64,000 bases of DNA, taken from Rhynchobatus australiae (lineage: Eukaryota). The notes under the pieces were generated by a model. It was given only the letters and a program-made list of their open reading frames with translations, ran no database searches and was not told where the DNA came from. Shown here piece by piece: positions 26,270-37,849 of this stretch (position 1 is the stretch's first letter; every line of letters begins with the position of its first letter). Where the stretch lies: contig JAUZTB010000033.1 of the NCBI GenBank assembly GCA_034780895.1, positions 30,363,637 to 30,427,636 on the forward strand, given 5' to 3'. The position numbers and the translations under genes were made by a program.

Positions 26270-27100
26270 CTGCGTCAAATCATTAAAACCAAATGTCCTG
26301 GAAGGAATTAGTTGCCTCTCAGACTCTTTAAAAAAAACCATAAAGGCTTCAGGATTTAAATGTATTATTTTACCTTCACCTCTGTTGTTTTCTTTCTTTT
26401 ACACACAGCAGTGTCTGTACACTTGACCTTGAACTGGCGAATCAGGCAACTTTGCTATTATTTGTTGCTGAAGCCTCCCATTAGGATTCATTGACCAGCC
26501 CCTGTTGCTCTGGGCTGTCAGCTGTTGATGCCGACACTAAACTAATGCAGCAAAAAGCTCCTACTGGAACACCACCACTAACTTTTTCATGGCTGTTGCT
26601 GAATGAGGAAGTGGCAGAAAAAAGATCCTGAAACATAATTTGAATTTGCACACATCTGAAATTTCGCGAACAATTGAGTAAACACTGAAACCTGCTCTAA
26701 GAATATCTCTGTATCATTCTTCTCAGTTGTCTCCTCTTTCAGCTAAAAGGTCAAATACATGCAATGCCCTCAGAGTTATAGTTTCTGAATTGTTCCCAGG
26801 GTTAAACAAATACATTATCCAAATTAATGTTTAAAGCCTCTCGGCCTTCCTTCAGATATATGACTATTCATGACTCCATCTGCTGTGCTGTTCTACTAAA
26901 AATAGAATTCTTTGGCCTTCGCTCTACCATTATTTTGCCCCTGAGGCGTGTTGAGAAATGCTTCAGTACTGCTTTGGACAAGCACCCGGCATAACCACAA
27001 AAGGTCATTATCCAAAGTATACTTTGTTTACAGTTAAGAAGAAGACTCTTTAACCGGCATCTGTGCATTCCACTTTCATTCTCTTTCCCACCGCACCCAC
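26270..27100. promoter_or_regulatory. Candidate muscle-type intronic enhancer
   Basis: ERRE TGACCTTGA at 26424, MEIS/E-box composite CTGTCAGCTG at 26515, and MEF2 consensus CTAAAAATAG at 26896. Confidence 0.4.
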
Positions 27101-28874
27101 CCCCACTCCCACTACTCTATTTGTTTCTCTCAACATTCAAATACTGTACACGAATTCCAATCGGATGGTGGAACTGTTGGTGCTTGTATTGCAGCTGCAT
27201 GCATTGTTAGGACTTGCCAAGGCTCATTAAAGCTCTAAGCGATAAGCAGTGAAGGACAAATTACACTACTGTATCTAGAAGAAAAGTTGCATGTCACATT
27301 TTTCAAAAAGTACTTGCTTTGTTTGGTAACAATCCTTGCCATTTAAAGTTTTAATGCTTAAATGCTATCTGCCATTATCGGTTATGTTCTGTCTTTTTAC
27401 TCTCACATTAACAATTCCCTATCCAAGGGTTAAATGTGAGGTGAATGCTTTTAATTAACAATGATACGCAAGACAGCCAATGAATGCCCTCATCTTCTCT
27501 CTTTGTAATATTGTGGTAAAAATCGTAGAGTCAAATCTCATTAACAAGCATGACAATAGGAACTGTGAACCCTATACTGCTTATCAGGAGAGCCTGATAT
27601 GAAACACTCTCTCTTAGGAATATTGTGACTCAGAACATAAATACTGCACAAAAGCTGCTTTTATATTGTGGCCATTTATAGATTGGAATCCAGAAGACCA
27701 GCATCTGGAAGCTGGCTTCCACAGTTTATATGTGGGGCACTTACCCTTGCACCAGACTTACAGGCCCAGCTTTTCATTGGCATCTCTACCTGACACTAGG
27801 AGCAGGTTTTAGCAATGAAAGCATCAGCTGCTGCTGGACTAAACCTGCCTCTTTCCCAGAATCCTGATTAAATTGGTAACAATACAAAAGCTGTCACAAG
27901 TTTCACAACTAGAATGAATAAGTACACGGCAGGCTGAAATTTCCAATGAATTTGTGAATGTGGCACTGAGCTCTACTGTCCTCCCAAACTCAACAGGCTA
28001 CCAATATTCACCGTCCAGTTTCACTCTGTAGTAATGACCTTTTCAATTCAGAGACCCTGTGCCCCTGGAATGTTTCCTAATGACAACACAAGAGAAAGGG
28101 AGAAAGGTGTCATGTGGAGAGGAGGGGAAAATGTGAGATTTTATAGTTGTCATTGCCTGTGTTCGTTCCATCCTATTTTCAAACCATAGGCCATATGCCT
28201 GAAATTTCCCACTCATGTACAAGGCTGTGGGCAAGGCTTCCAATTGATAGTGTAAATTCAGTACAAGCACCAGAGATGAAAGCTGGTATGGGTCAGTATC
28301 TTGTTCCAGTAAGAAAGTGCTCAAAGCTTTGCTGGTGATATGCACATAGCAGTAAGAAATTTATACAACCATACTGATTAAAAAAAAAATTAAAGTTACT
28401 TTCACCCTCACACGTGCCTAGAAAGTGAACAACACACAAGGTACTTTCTCTTCTATAATGTTTTGTGCATCGTCTGGACATTCAGAGCATCCCTAATGAT
28501 GTTCTTTTCAAGTATAGTCACTATTATTTTGCAAGCAAACATGACAGCTAATTTGCATGCAGCAAGGTTCTACAAACAGATTGATGATCAAATAATTGCC
28601 CAGAAATTAGTTGATGCCTCTTAAGCTGTGTTAGTCAGATGGTTCATGGCAAGCCAACAAGCATTCTGATCAAGTGTCTGTGCCTGGTATAATCAATGGT
28701 GCACAAAGTCAAAAGGTTGTGCACTACTGAATAGCCCTTATGCACTAAAGGCTGTCCCAACATGCGCATTATCACAGCCAAGTGCACAAAGGAAATTCTA
28801 TGAGCTTGGGAATGGGTCTGGGTCCCAGAGTCATTGAACAAAAATAGACCAAGGGTGGGATCGACGGTTGAAGA

Positions 28875-31800
28875 TCATAAGAACATGATAAATAGAAGCA
28901 GGAGTAGGTCATTTGGCTCCTTATACCGGTGTTGCCATTCAAAAAGATCAAGAATAATCTTTTAACTCAGCACCATTCCTGCACCACCCTAATCCACATC
29001 CCTTGATTCCCTTAATATGCAAAACTTATCATTCTTCTGTATGAATATGCTCAGCAACTGTGCCTCCACAGCTCTCTTGAGTAGGGAATTCGAAAGATTC
29101 ATTACCCTCTGTGTGAAATAATTTCTTCACATCTCAGACTTGAATGACCGACCCTTTAACTTGAGACTGTGCCCTCTGGCCCCAGACAACCCAACCAGAG
29201 GTAACATCCTCACTGCATTAACCTGTCAAGGTCACCTCTTCGGAGCATCGGCCAAGTTTTCTTAATTTCTCCTCATAGGACAAAGCCCCCTCATCTCAGG
29301 TATCAATCCAATAAAATATGGTTTCACTTCCTCTACCACAAATATTTCTTTCCCGGGGAATCCAGATCTATACACAATATTTCAGGTTTGTTCTCATCGG
29401 AATCCCATATAAATGTAGTTGGACAACTTTACTCTTATATTCAAATCCTCTTGCAATACAGATCAATGTAGTATTCCTAATTGCTTGCTGTATCTGTATA
29501 CTAACCTTCAGTGATTTATGTAGAAGGATACACACAGATCCCTCTTAGGATCAAAACTTTCAATCTCTCACCATTTAAAAAATATTTCCTTTTTCTCGAT
29601 TTTCTACCTCATTTTTTTCACATTATATTCTATCCACTTAATCACTTACTTTGGCTATTATCTCCCTGAATTTTTCTGCATCTTGCTCACAGTGCAGACA
29701 GGAATCCAGCATTGTGTAATCAGCAGACTTGGATAAATTATCATTGGTCCCCTCATCATATCATTGCCATAGATTGTAGACAGCTGGAGCAGCAGCACTG
29801 ATCCCTGCTGCATCCCCTTGTCACAGCCTCCCAACCCAAAAATATATTCCTGTTGTCTGTTTTACTGTCCATAACCACTCCTCAGTACATGTCAATATGT
29901 AACCCCCAACCCCTAGTGCTCCAATTCGGTTTAATAAAGTCTTTGTCAAAGGCCATCTGACAATCCAAATGCACAAGTCTATTGGTTCCTCATTACCTAT
30001 TCTGCTGGTTTCAATCTCAAATTTCCCTTTCATAAATCTGTGTTAACACTGCCTAATCCCATCATTATTTTCTAAGTAGCCTGCTATCATTTCCTTGATA
30101 ATGAATTAGGATGTTTTCCCTGCTAATGACATCAGGTTTGCATTTTCTGGTTTCTCTCTTCCTCCTTCCTTAAATACTGGGGATTATATCTGCAGGAACC
30201 ATTCTTGAATGTACTGGAACACATGACACTGGAACACACAATCCATTATTTCCATAACCACCTTTTTGAAAATCATGTCATCGGGTCCTGAAAATGTATT
30301 ACTTTGCTGTCCCATTGAGTTCTTGATTGTTTTACTAGTGCCAATTTCCTTCTGCTCCTCATTGACTTGCACCTCTCCACTCTTTACTGGTAGATGTCTA
30401 TATCCTCTTCCACAATACAGAATCAGAATATTCATTTAAGTTCTCTGCAGTTTCCTTATTCAATAATAAGATATCTTTATTAGTCACATGTACATTGAAA
30501 CACAGTGAAATGCATCTTTTGTGTAGGGTGTTCTGAGGGCAGCCTGCAAGTGTTCTTCTGGCACCAACATAGCATGCCCACAACTTCCTAACCCGTACGT
30601 GTTTGGAACGTGGGAGGAAATCGGAGCACCCAGAGGAAACCCACACAGACACGGGGAGAACATACAAACTCCTTACAGACAGCGGCGGGAATTGAATCTG
30701 GGTCACTGGTGCTGTAATAGCATTACGCTAACTGCTACACTACTGTGCCTGCCCCTGCATCATTCTGTAAGCAACTTCTACTAATCTTTTCCTCTTTTAC
30801 ATATTTTTTTTAGGATTTTAGTCTGTTTTTATGTTTCTTACTAGTTAACATCTGCATTTTACTTTCCATTTCTTCATCAATGTCTTTCTTTGCTGAATTC
30901 TGACAGTTTCCCAATCCACAGGCTTAGCATACTTTTTGGCAATATTATGTCTTTTCCTTTGTTCTAATATTATCTTTAACTTCTCTTATTAGCCACAGCT
31001 GGATCAATTTCCTGTTGGCTTTAAAAGGATATTTTGTGTATTAGTTCTTCAAATGTTAGTTTTTTTTCTTGTTTACTGTCATGTCTTTCAATATAGTTTT
31101 CCAATCTAGCATAGATAATTCACACCTCATACCTTTGTAGTTTACTTTTAGATTTAAGACTCTGGTTTTGGATTGATCTAAATCACTGTGGATCTTAGTG
31201 TTAACATCCCCAAAGGTTCCTTAAATTAACCTTTCCTTTTTGCCTAATACAAGATCTGAAATAGTCTTTCTCTAATTGATTCTTCAACATAACAATCTAG
31301 AAAAACATCCTGCACATGCTCCATGAATTCAACCTCTGTGTTACTACACTTTTGGTCCTTTGCTTTGTCCCATTGATATTTATCCCCATCACTAATGCAT
31401 TACCCTTGTTACATGCAGCTCTAATTTCCTGACTTATACTTACACCCTACATTGCCAGTATTGTTTGGGGACTATAGACAACTTTCAACAAAGCTTTTTG
31501 CCCCTTGCTGTTTCTCGGCTCCATCCAGACTGATTCTACTTCTGGGTTTTCTGAGCGATGATCCATTTTTTTTCCACTGCCTTTCTCACCAAGTTTATTA
31601 TCGGAACTGTCAGCCCAGCTTTTGCATAATGCCTCTCTCTTCTAAGAGTTAAGTATTCTGGAATATTTAATTCCCAACCTATATCACTTTGCAACTACAT
31701 CTCTGCAATCACTATTAGATTGTATCCATTTATTTTTGTTTGCACCATTAATTGCAGCATGCATTCATATAAAGAGTTTTCAGTTTTGTCTTTTTACCAT

Positions 31801-31940
31801 TTTTCCTTATTTCTAACTGGAGGTATGCTAGTATGGTTCTATGCTCTGCTCTTTCCTGACAGACACAAGTTATTGTTACTCATTTTGCTATCATGTAATA
31901 TCATATTGTCCTCTCTCTTTAATTTTGTAAATTAAATCTT
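28875..31940 (-). mobile_element. Long decayed CR1 LINE (3'UTR through ORF2, with deletions), containing a V-SINE
   Basis: The 3' end reads cataagaacatgataaatagaagcaggagtaggtcatttgg. Minus-strand ORF remnants include TFSGPDDM..KKVVMEIMD and IGALGVGGYILT..EEWL. Confidence 0.85.
30462..30753 (-). mobile_element. Near full-length V-SINE with a non-CR1 tail, inserted in CR1
   Basis: Minus-strand head gcacagtagtgtagcagttagcg (A box) and agattcaattcc (B box), then the V-domain, then the tail atgcatttcactgtgtttcaatgtacatgtgactaataaagatatctta. Confidence 0.9.
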
Positions 31941-33287
31941 GTCTCACCAGAACCACCCAAACCACCTTCCCCGATCCCACCCTCCCCACTAACTGTTGGG
32001 TAAACGTTTTGGGGTTTGGACTAGCTGATAGCGATTGGTGGTAGATAGATGTTGTGGGTGAGATTTCATTAGAATTGTTAGTAGGAAATAAACATTGATA
32101 ATGAAGATGGATAGGGCTACTAGTTGGAGCTGGCAGTTGGGGATTGCATTGCTAGTTGGTGAGGGGATGGAGGTTCTCAAGGGCTGCGATCAGTGGTTAC
32201 GTGGGATGTAACTGGCAGTCTGGAAAGAAGAGGGCAGGCTAGGCTGACAGATCAGTGGATGGGATGGGTCACCAGGTGAGAGTGGTAAATTTGGAAGCAG
32301 GATTGGGGCTGCATCTTGTACAGGGAGGGGATGAGGGACTGGAAGAGGGCCCAGTAAAATACCTACCATAACAGGGATTTAACCTAGTGGGGTTACCAGC
32401 ACCAGCCTGAGACCAGGTTCAGCAGCCCGATTAAAGGCATAATACGGAAACATGCTTCTGCGGAAGTAGCCCAAGGAAGGTGCAGCCATGCACTTACAAG
32501 GTGGCTGGGCTGAACCTCCACGTCCTCAGATGCTGCTGTGCATGTGTGGGGTGTGCTGTGCACCCACACTGGAATGGAAATCACAGACCATGCAACTTCC
32601 ATTTTCTGAGATTTTCAATAAACAGTTCATTTCTTATTGAAAATGGCACCTAAAAACAGCATTTTGTGATACAGGTTCTTGGCCAATCTGTTTACTGAGG
32701 TAAATTGAGAAATGAGCATTGTCCAAAATACTGGGGGAAATTTTGCTTTTGGATTGTTTACCTACAATCAAACTGAAGAAACTGCCTGGGTTTAGTATTT
32801 CACCTCTGTGGTACAGCACTCCCTCAGTGCTGCGTGTGAATGCAAGCACATTTAAAACCTACAAAATAATAGAGTCACAAAATACATGCTTGCTGGGATG
32901 GAGTTCAGCATTACCAAGAAGATCATCTTGCAATGTAACAGTTTTGTGCAGATTATGACATTCTCCAGTGTAAACTGGCCACCTAAGTTAATGGGTGGAA
33001 TCTACTGTCAGAAATGTCCCCACTGTGCATTCAACCAACCTGCAGGAGACCTGCAGCAGACTTCAAATGTAAAACCTGTGGGAAAGCAGCCAGGAGCTGG
33101 ACTCCACTGAGTCACACTGCAAAACCTGACCATATGGCTGCTTTAAAATGATATTACCATGTTCAACACTGTAATACCCAGAAAACCTATTTTCCACGCT
33201 GCTATTCATTGAGGACTTAAAGTGTTAATTTTGCTTGACAGTGAAAAGAACAAAAATCTCAAGTTTTCTTATTGGCATTCAGCATTA

Positions 33288-33437
<150 letters not shown>

Positions 33438-34027
33438 TCAGACAATGAGCAAAGAATCACACCGAACNNNNNNNNNNNNNNNNNNTCTGCCTCTGCTTTT
33501 GCACCACGCCGCTGCACTGAGCCCAAACATCTGCCCAAACAAAAGCCTCAGCTGGGCAGAAACATGCAATGCGTACTTGGAACTTTTGTGCACAGATGGC
33601 TCGAAGGCAAACCGTTGAGAATGGGGAAAGTCTGCTCTTTTAATTTTTCAGGGTAAAATTCTACACATACTCAGATATTAAAAAATTAGTTGTATAAAAA
33701 CCCTCTCATCAATGTGTTTCAATTAATGCAAGGTCTGTTACTGAAAGATATCTCTTTATTGACAAGATTCAATGTGAAAGGTTACCCACCCATGGGATGA
33801 TGGTCAGTATTTTAGCTGATCAGGATAAACAGATCTCAAACAACCTTTCATATAATGAACACTACAGGGACTTGTTGTTTAAAAAAAAAGATATATAGTA
33901 TCAGTAACATAATGTCTTAATGTTTAGTTTAAAAGATCCACGTGGCAGCATTATTGGAACCCAAGCCAAAACAATAGCCCACATTTTGCTGGAAAATATT
34001 GGCAGTCCCACAGCAAACTATCAGCAT

Positions 34028-34583
34028 TCATAGAGTTATATGGCATAGGAACATGCCCTTCAGCCCCACTCATACATGCCAACAACAGTGCCAACCTGAG
34101 CTACCCCACGGACACTGCCTGGCCTGCTGAGTTCTTCCAGCATCGTAGTGTTTTGCATTTGCAGTCCTTTGTTTCTCTGAGCTAGTCAAATTTACCTGTG
34201 TTTGACCGAAGCCCCTCTAAACCTTTTCTATCCATGTACCTGTCCAAATGCTTTTTAAATCTAGTAATTCTACCCACCTCAACCACTTCTCCAGCAACCC
34301 ATTCCATATACACACCACCTTGCGAATAACTTGTCCCTTAGATCCACTTAAAATCTTTCTCCTCTCACCTTAAACCTATGCCTTCTAGTTTTTGACTCCC
34401 CCACCCTGGGTAAAAGACTGTGATCATCATCCACCTTATCTATGCCCCTCATTATCTTATGTACCTTTATAAGATCACCCCTCAGTCACTTTCACTCCAG
34501 GGAAAACAGTCCCAGCCTATCCAGTTTTCCTTTATAACAAACCCTGTAGTCCCAGGCACATCCTTGTGAATCTTTTCTGCACA
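34028..34583 (-). mobile_element. CR1 LINE 3' end
   Basis: tcatagagttatatggcataggaacatgcccttcagccc...ccatgtacctgtccaaatg...ccaccctgggtaaaagactg...ccttatctatgcccctc. Confidence 0.85.
34104..34176 (+). mobile_element. Short Penelope-like fragment with 8-bp TSD, inside CR1
   Basis: ctgcctggcctgctgagttcttccagcatc is flanked by ctgagcta at 34096-34103 and 34177-34184. Confidence 0.8.
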
Positions 34584-37500
34584 CCATGGGTGTTATTCCC
34601 CCCCCCCCCAAATACCTCTCTAGTCCTTCAGACAATTACATTAAAGCTTTTAAATGGCTGAGTTTTGCAGATGTCTCACCTCTCCAATTTTACTGTTTCC
34701 TCATACATAAGCTTGCATGAGCCCTATAATCAAGATCATTTTCCTTCATTAAGTGATTGAAATATAAAATGAAAAATAAAAGCTCCAGTCAATTACCAAG
34801 ACCTATCATAGAATAAAAAGATGTACACCTAAACAGGGCCCAGTAGGATTGGCCACAATCCAGGATTGATCTAAAGTCTCCTCAGCATAAATTCTGGTAA
34901 ACTCCAGGATTCCTGTGTAGGCACACATCAGCTCAACTTTCTTGCTGAGCTTCACTGCACAATTCTCAGCCACATTCGCCACGGGACTTCACAGACTCCA
35001 GCAGCGGACCACTGTCTTGCCAAGATTCCTTGGCATTTAAAGTGGGGAATCTACTCTCAGATCCACTGGTCTATGGGGTCAAATGCAGGATCCATGGTTG
35101 ATTTCAATGGCAACTGTAAAGCTGTGGAGAAGAAGGCAAGTTCCTCTCTTTAAATATGTGTATTTTGTTTAATATTTTTAATTATTTACAAGCGCTTTAG
35201 TCAATATCATTTTTTAAAATAATAGGGTTTTTAAAGTTGTGTTTCTTTATTTCACTTTATGGATTTTAAATGTCAGAGACCTTTAAAAACCCTGATAGCT
35301 TTAAGAGTTGGCAAGGCTGGGTCACACCTTTGCTGAATATGAAAGACTTTGAGGATGGTATTGGGAATGGGGTTTCTCCATTGCACTGTTGGAGACCCTA
35401 CCACTGCTCAGGCCTCATGGCTGGAGCCTGGGATACTGCAGACCAGCAGACTACCTGGTATGAACAGCAGCAGACCCATGCCAATGAACTCCTGGCCGTT
35501 GATGCTTCATTGGAGTTTAAATGAATTAATATTACCTTATTGAGCTATAAGCATGGTTGTCAAGATTCGGTTAGATTTTCTTTTTAAATCAACCACTTCA
35601 AGTTGGCAAGAAAAATTCATCATGGAAAGGGGCATTAAATACAGAAAATAATATTTCTTTGTGAGTATCTTGAGCCAACCAATCATGAGAAACTTTCAAT
35701 GTCAAATAGAATTAATAATTCTCTTCATTGTTCTTTCTATACCATTTCAGTTGCAATAAAAAGAAAATTCAAGGCTCACATGGAAGCCTGAAGTGACTGT
35801 AATAGGAAATGACAATGATAAGAAATGGCAACTGAAAGGCAGCATCACAAACCAGTAACAAGCAATTATCCAGATACAAAAACCAAACATTAAGATGAAA
35901 AGTAACAAAAGATCAAAATTGACAATAAAAGAGCAAAGATTAAGCACATTCCAAGATAACAGCAACATATTCACTGGATAGTTTAATACCCCATTGGAAA
36001 GTATTGTAGTATTGGAAGTCATTTATCTAAATTTGATCATTGTTTGGACCATAAGTGGCCAGCTATCTGATGCATTATTGTTCTGTCAATACCACAGCCA
36101 AGTGTTGGATTCTCAACGTGAAGGAGGAGTATGAAGAGAGATATCTGCTACTTTGCATATTTTCCTTTAAATGTTTCCATTATGAAAGAAATGTACTCAA
36201 TAAAACATGTAATTAAAATGTAGTAGAAACTGCTGAGAATTACTGAATTGACCTGTAAATGCAATCAGTAAGTTTGCAATTGTCTTAAACTAATANNNNN
36301 NNNNNNNNNNNNNNNNNNNNNNNNNNNNNNNNNNNNNNNNNNNNNNNNNNNNNNNNNNNNNNNNNNNNNNNNNNNNNNNNNNNNNNNNNNNNNNNAAGAC
36401 TGTCTTCCACCATCTTCAAAGATCCCTCCCAATGTCTAGATGTTATATTGTGGTATAATATAATAAAATCTGGTTAATTGGCAGTTCAATAGCAAAGGAC
36501 TGAGTGGCATTATTCATCTGACCAAAGTATTCCATCAAATATTTAGGCTGAGAACAGGTCTGTACTCTCTTTGAGAGAGGGCTCTTATTTCACTGGGGCA
36601 ACATAGGTATTAGGAAGGGAATCTAGGTTGTCCAACCACCGACCAAGAGATAATTAAGCAGAAATTAAAAAAGGACAATTGTTATTAGTGTTTCTTGTTA
36701 AAAACTTTGCAGTGAAAAGAATATTATAAATCAAAGCACACTGTTATTTATGTTCAATATTTCAGATAAATTATCATTATTAAGTGAATATGCAGGTAGG
36801 TGGAATATTAAGATCATAACTTTGCAAAAATGGAATATTAAAGTAAAAAAAATTAAAGAGCAGGGCCAAAAGTAAAAAGAACCCCGTCTGCAACTTAGAC
36901 CCTGCTTTCCTTATACATGCATTCTCAGTTGAGCTCTTGGTCTCTGTGACCCATTGAAACAAACACACACAAAAAAATTTGCACCTCATCAATCCATGCA
37001 CCACAGTGAAAACATATATGCTTCATAAAGATCTCTCCTCTGGCTGCTCCTAAAGCTCTGCTACGCTGCATTTCCTAATACTACCTCGCCTTGGTGTCCT
37101 GTGGTCTGGTACTTCAGAAGATTTGTTTTTCTCTTAGGGCAATTTAAATGATAGAACAACAATGTAAAATGATCAGCCAGGATTGTTTGTGTGAATTCTT
37201 TTTTTAACAAATATTATCTTAAATCAGTCAAATCAACCAGCAGTAATATGATGTGAAACCAAGTATGCACACATTTATTTTTGAAGAAGGATGATTGGGG
37301 TGCAGATGGATAGGCAAGAGAAGTGGAACTCCACAGATGTTGTTTTACATGCCATAAAAGATTTTTTGTGTCAAACTTATGAAGAGTATAGTCCCCTGCA
37401 GTAGTACTTTACAGACATTCTGCTACTGCAGTAAGAAAAAGCTGAATTCCTGCAGATGTTAGCTAGTTGGTCTCTCCTTGGCACACTCTTGCATATTACA

Positions 37501-37719
37501 CCTCACCTTTTGTACCTCACCTGAGGCTGGAACACTTCAACAGGCTGCTCAAAAGTGGTGTTTTTACTTCTATTAAAAGGTTTTGTTGTAAAACAAATTG
37601 TAAGTGTAGTTACCTGGGGCAGATTCAACATTTTAAAAATGTGGTTTATGTTCAACTGATTTTGCATTGCAACTTGTTACTTTTCACCAGATCACAGACA
37701 AAGTAATACCACCATGGAA

Positions 37720-37849
37720 GAAGTATAATTGGAGGAATGCGGGATAGAGGGATATGCGGGAGGAAAGGGATAGATGGTGTGAGGTGTGGTTTGATGGCTG
37801 GCACAACACAGTGGGCCGAAGGGCCTGTGTTGTGCTGTATTGTTCTATG
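37720..37849 (+). mobile_element. 5'-truncated CR1 3' end
   Basis: Ends gtgggccgaagggcctgtgttgtgctgtattgttctatg. Possible atggaa TSD at 37714-37719 and 37847-37852. Confidence 0.8.

Noticed and set aside
27735-27800. Strong minus-strand donor AGG|gtaagt
   Set aside because: No good upstream acceptor and no SOX6-like coding sequence.
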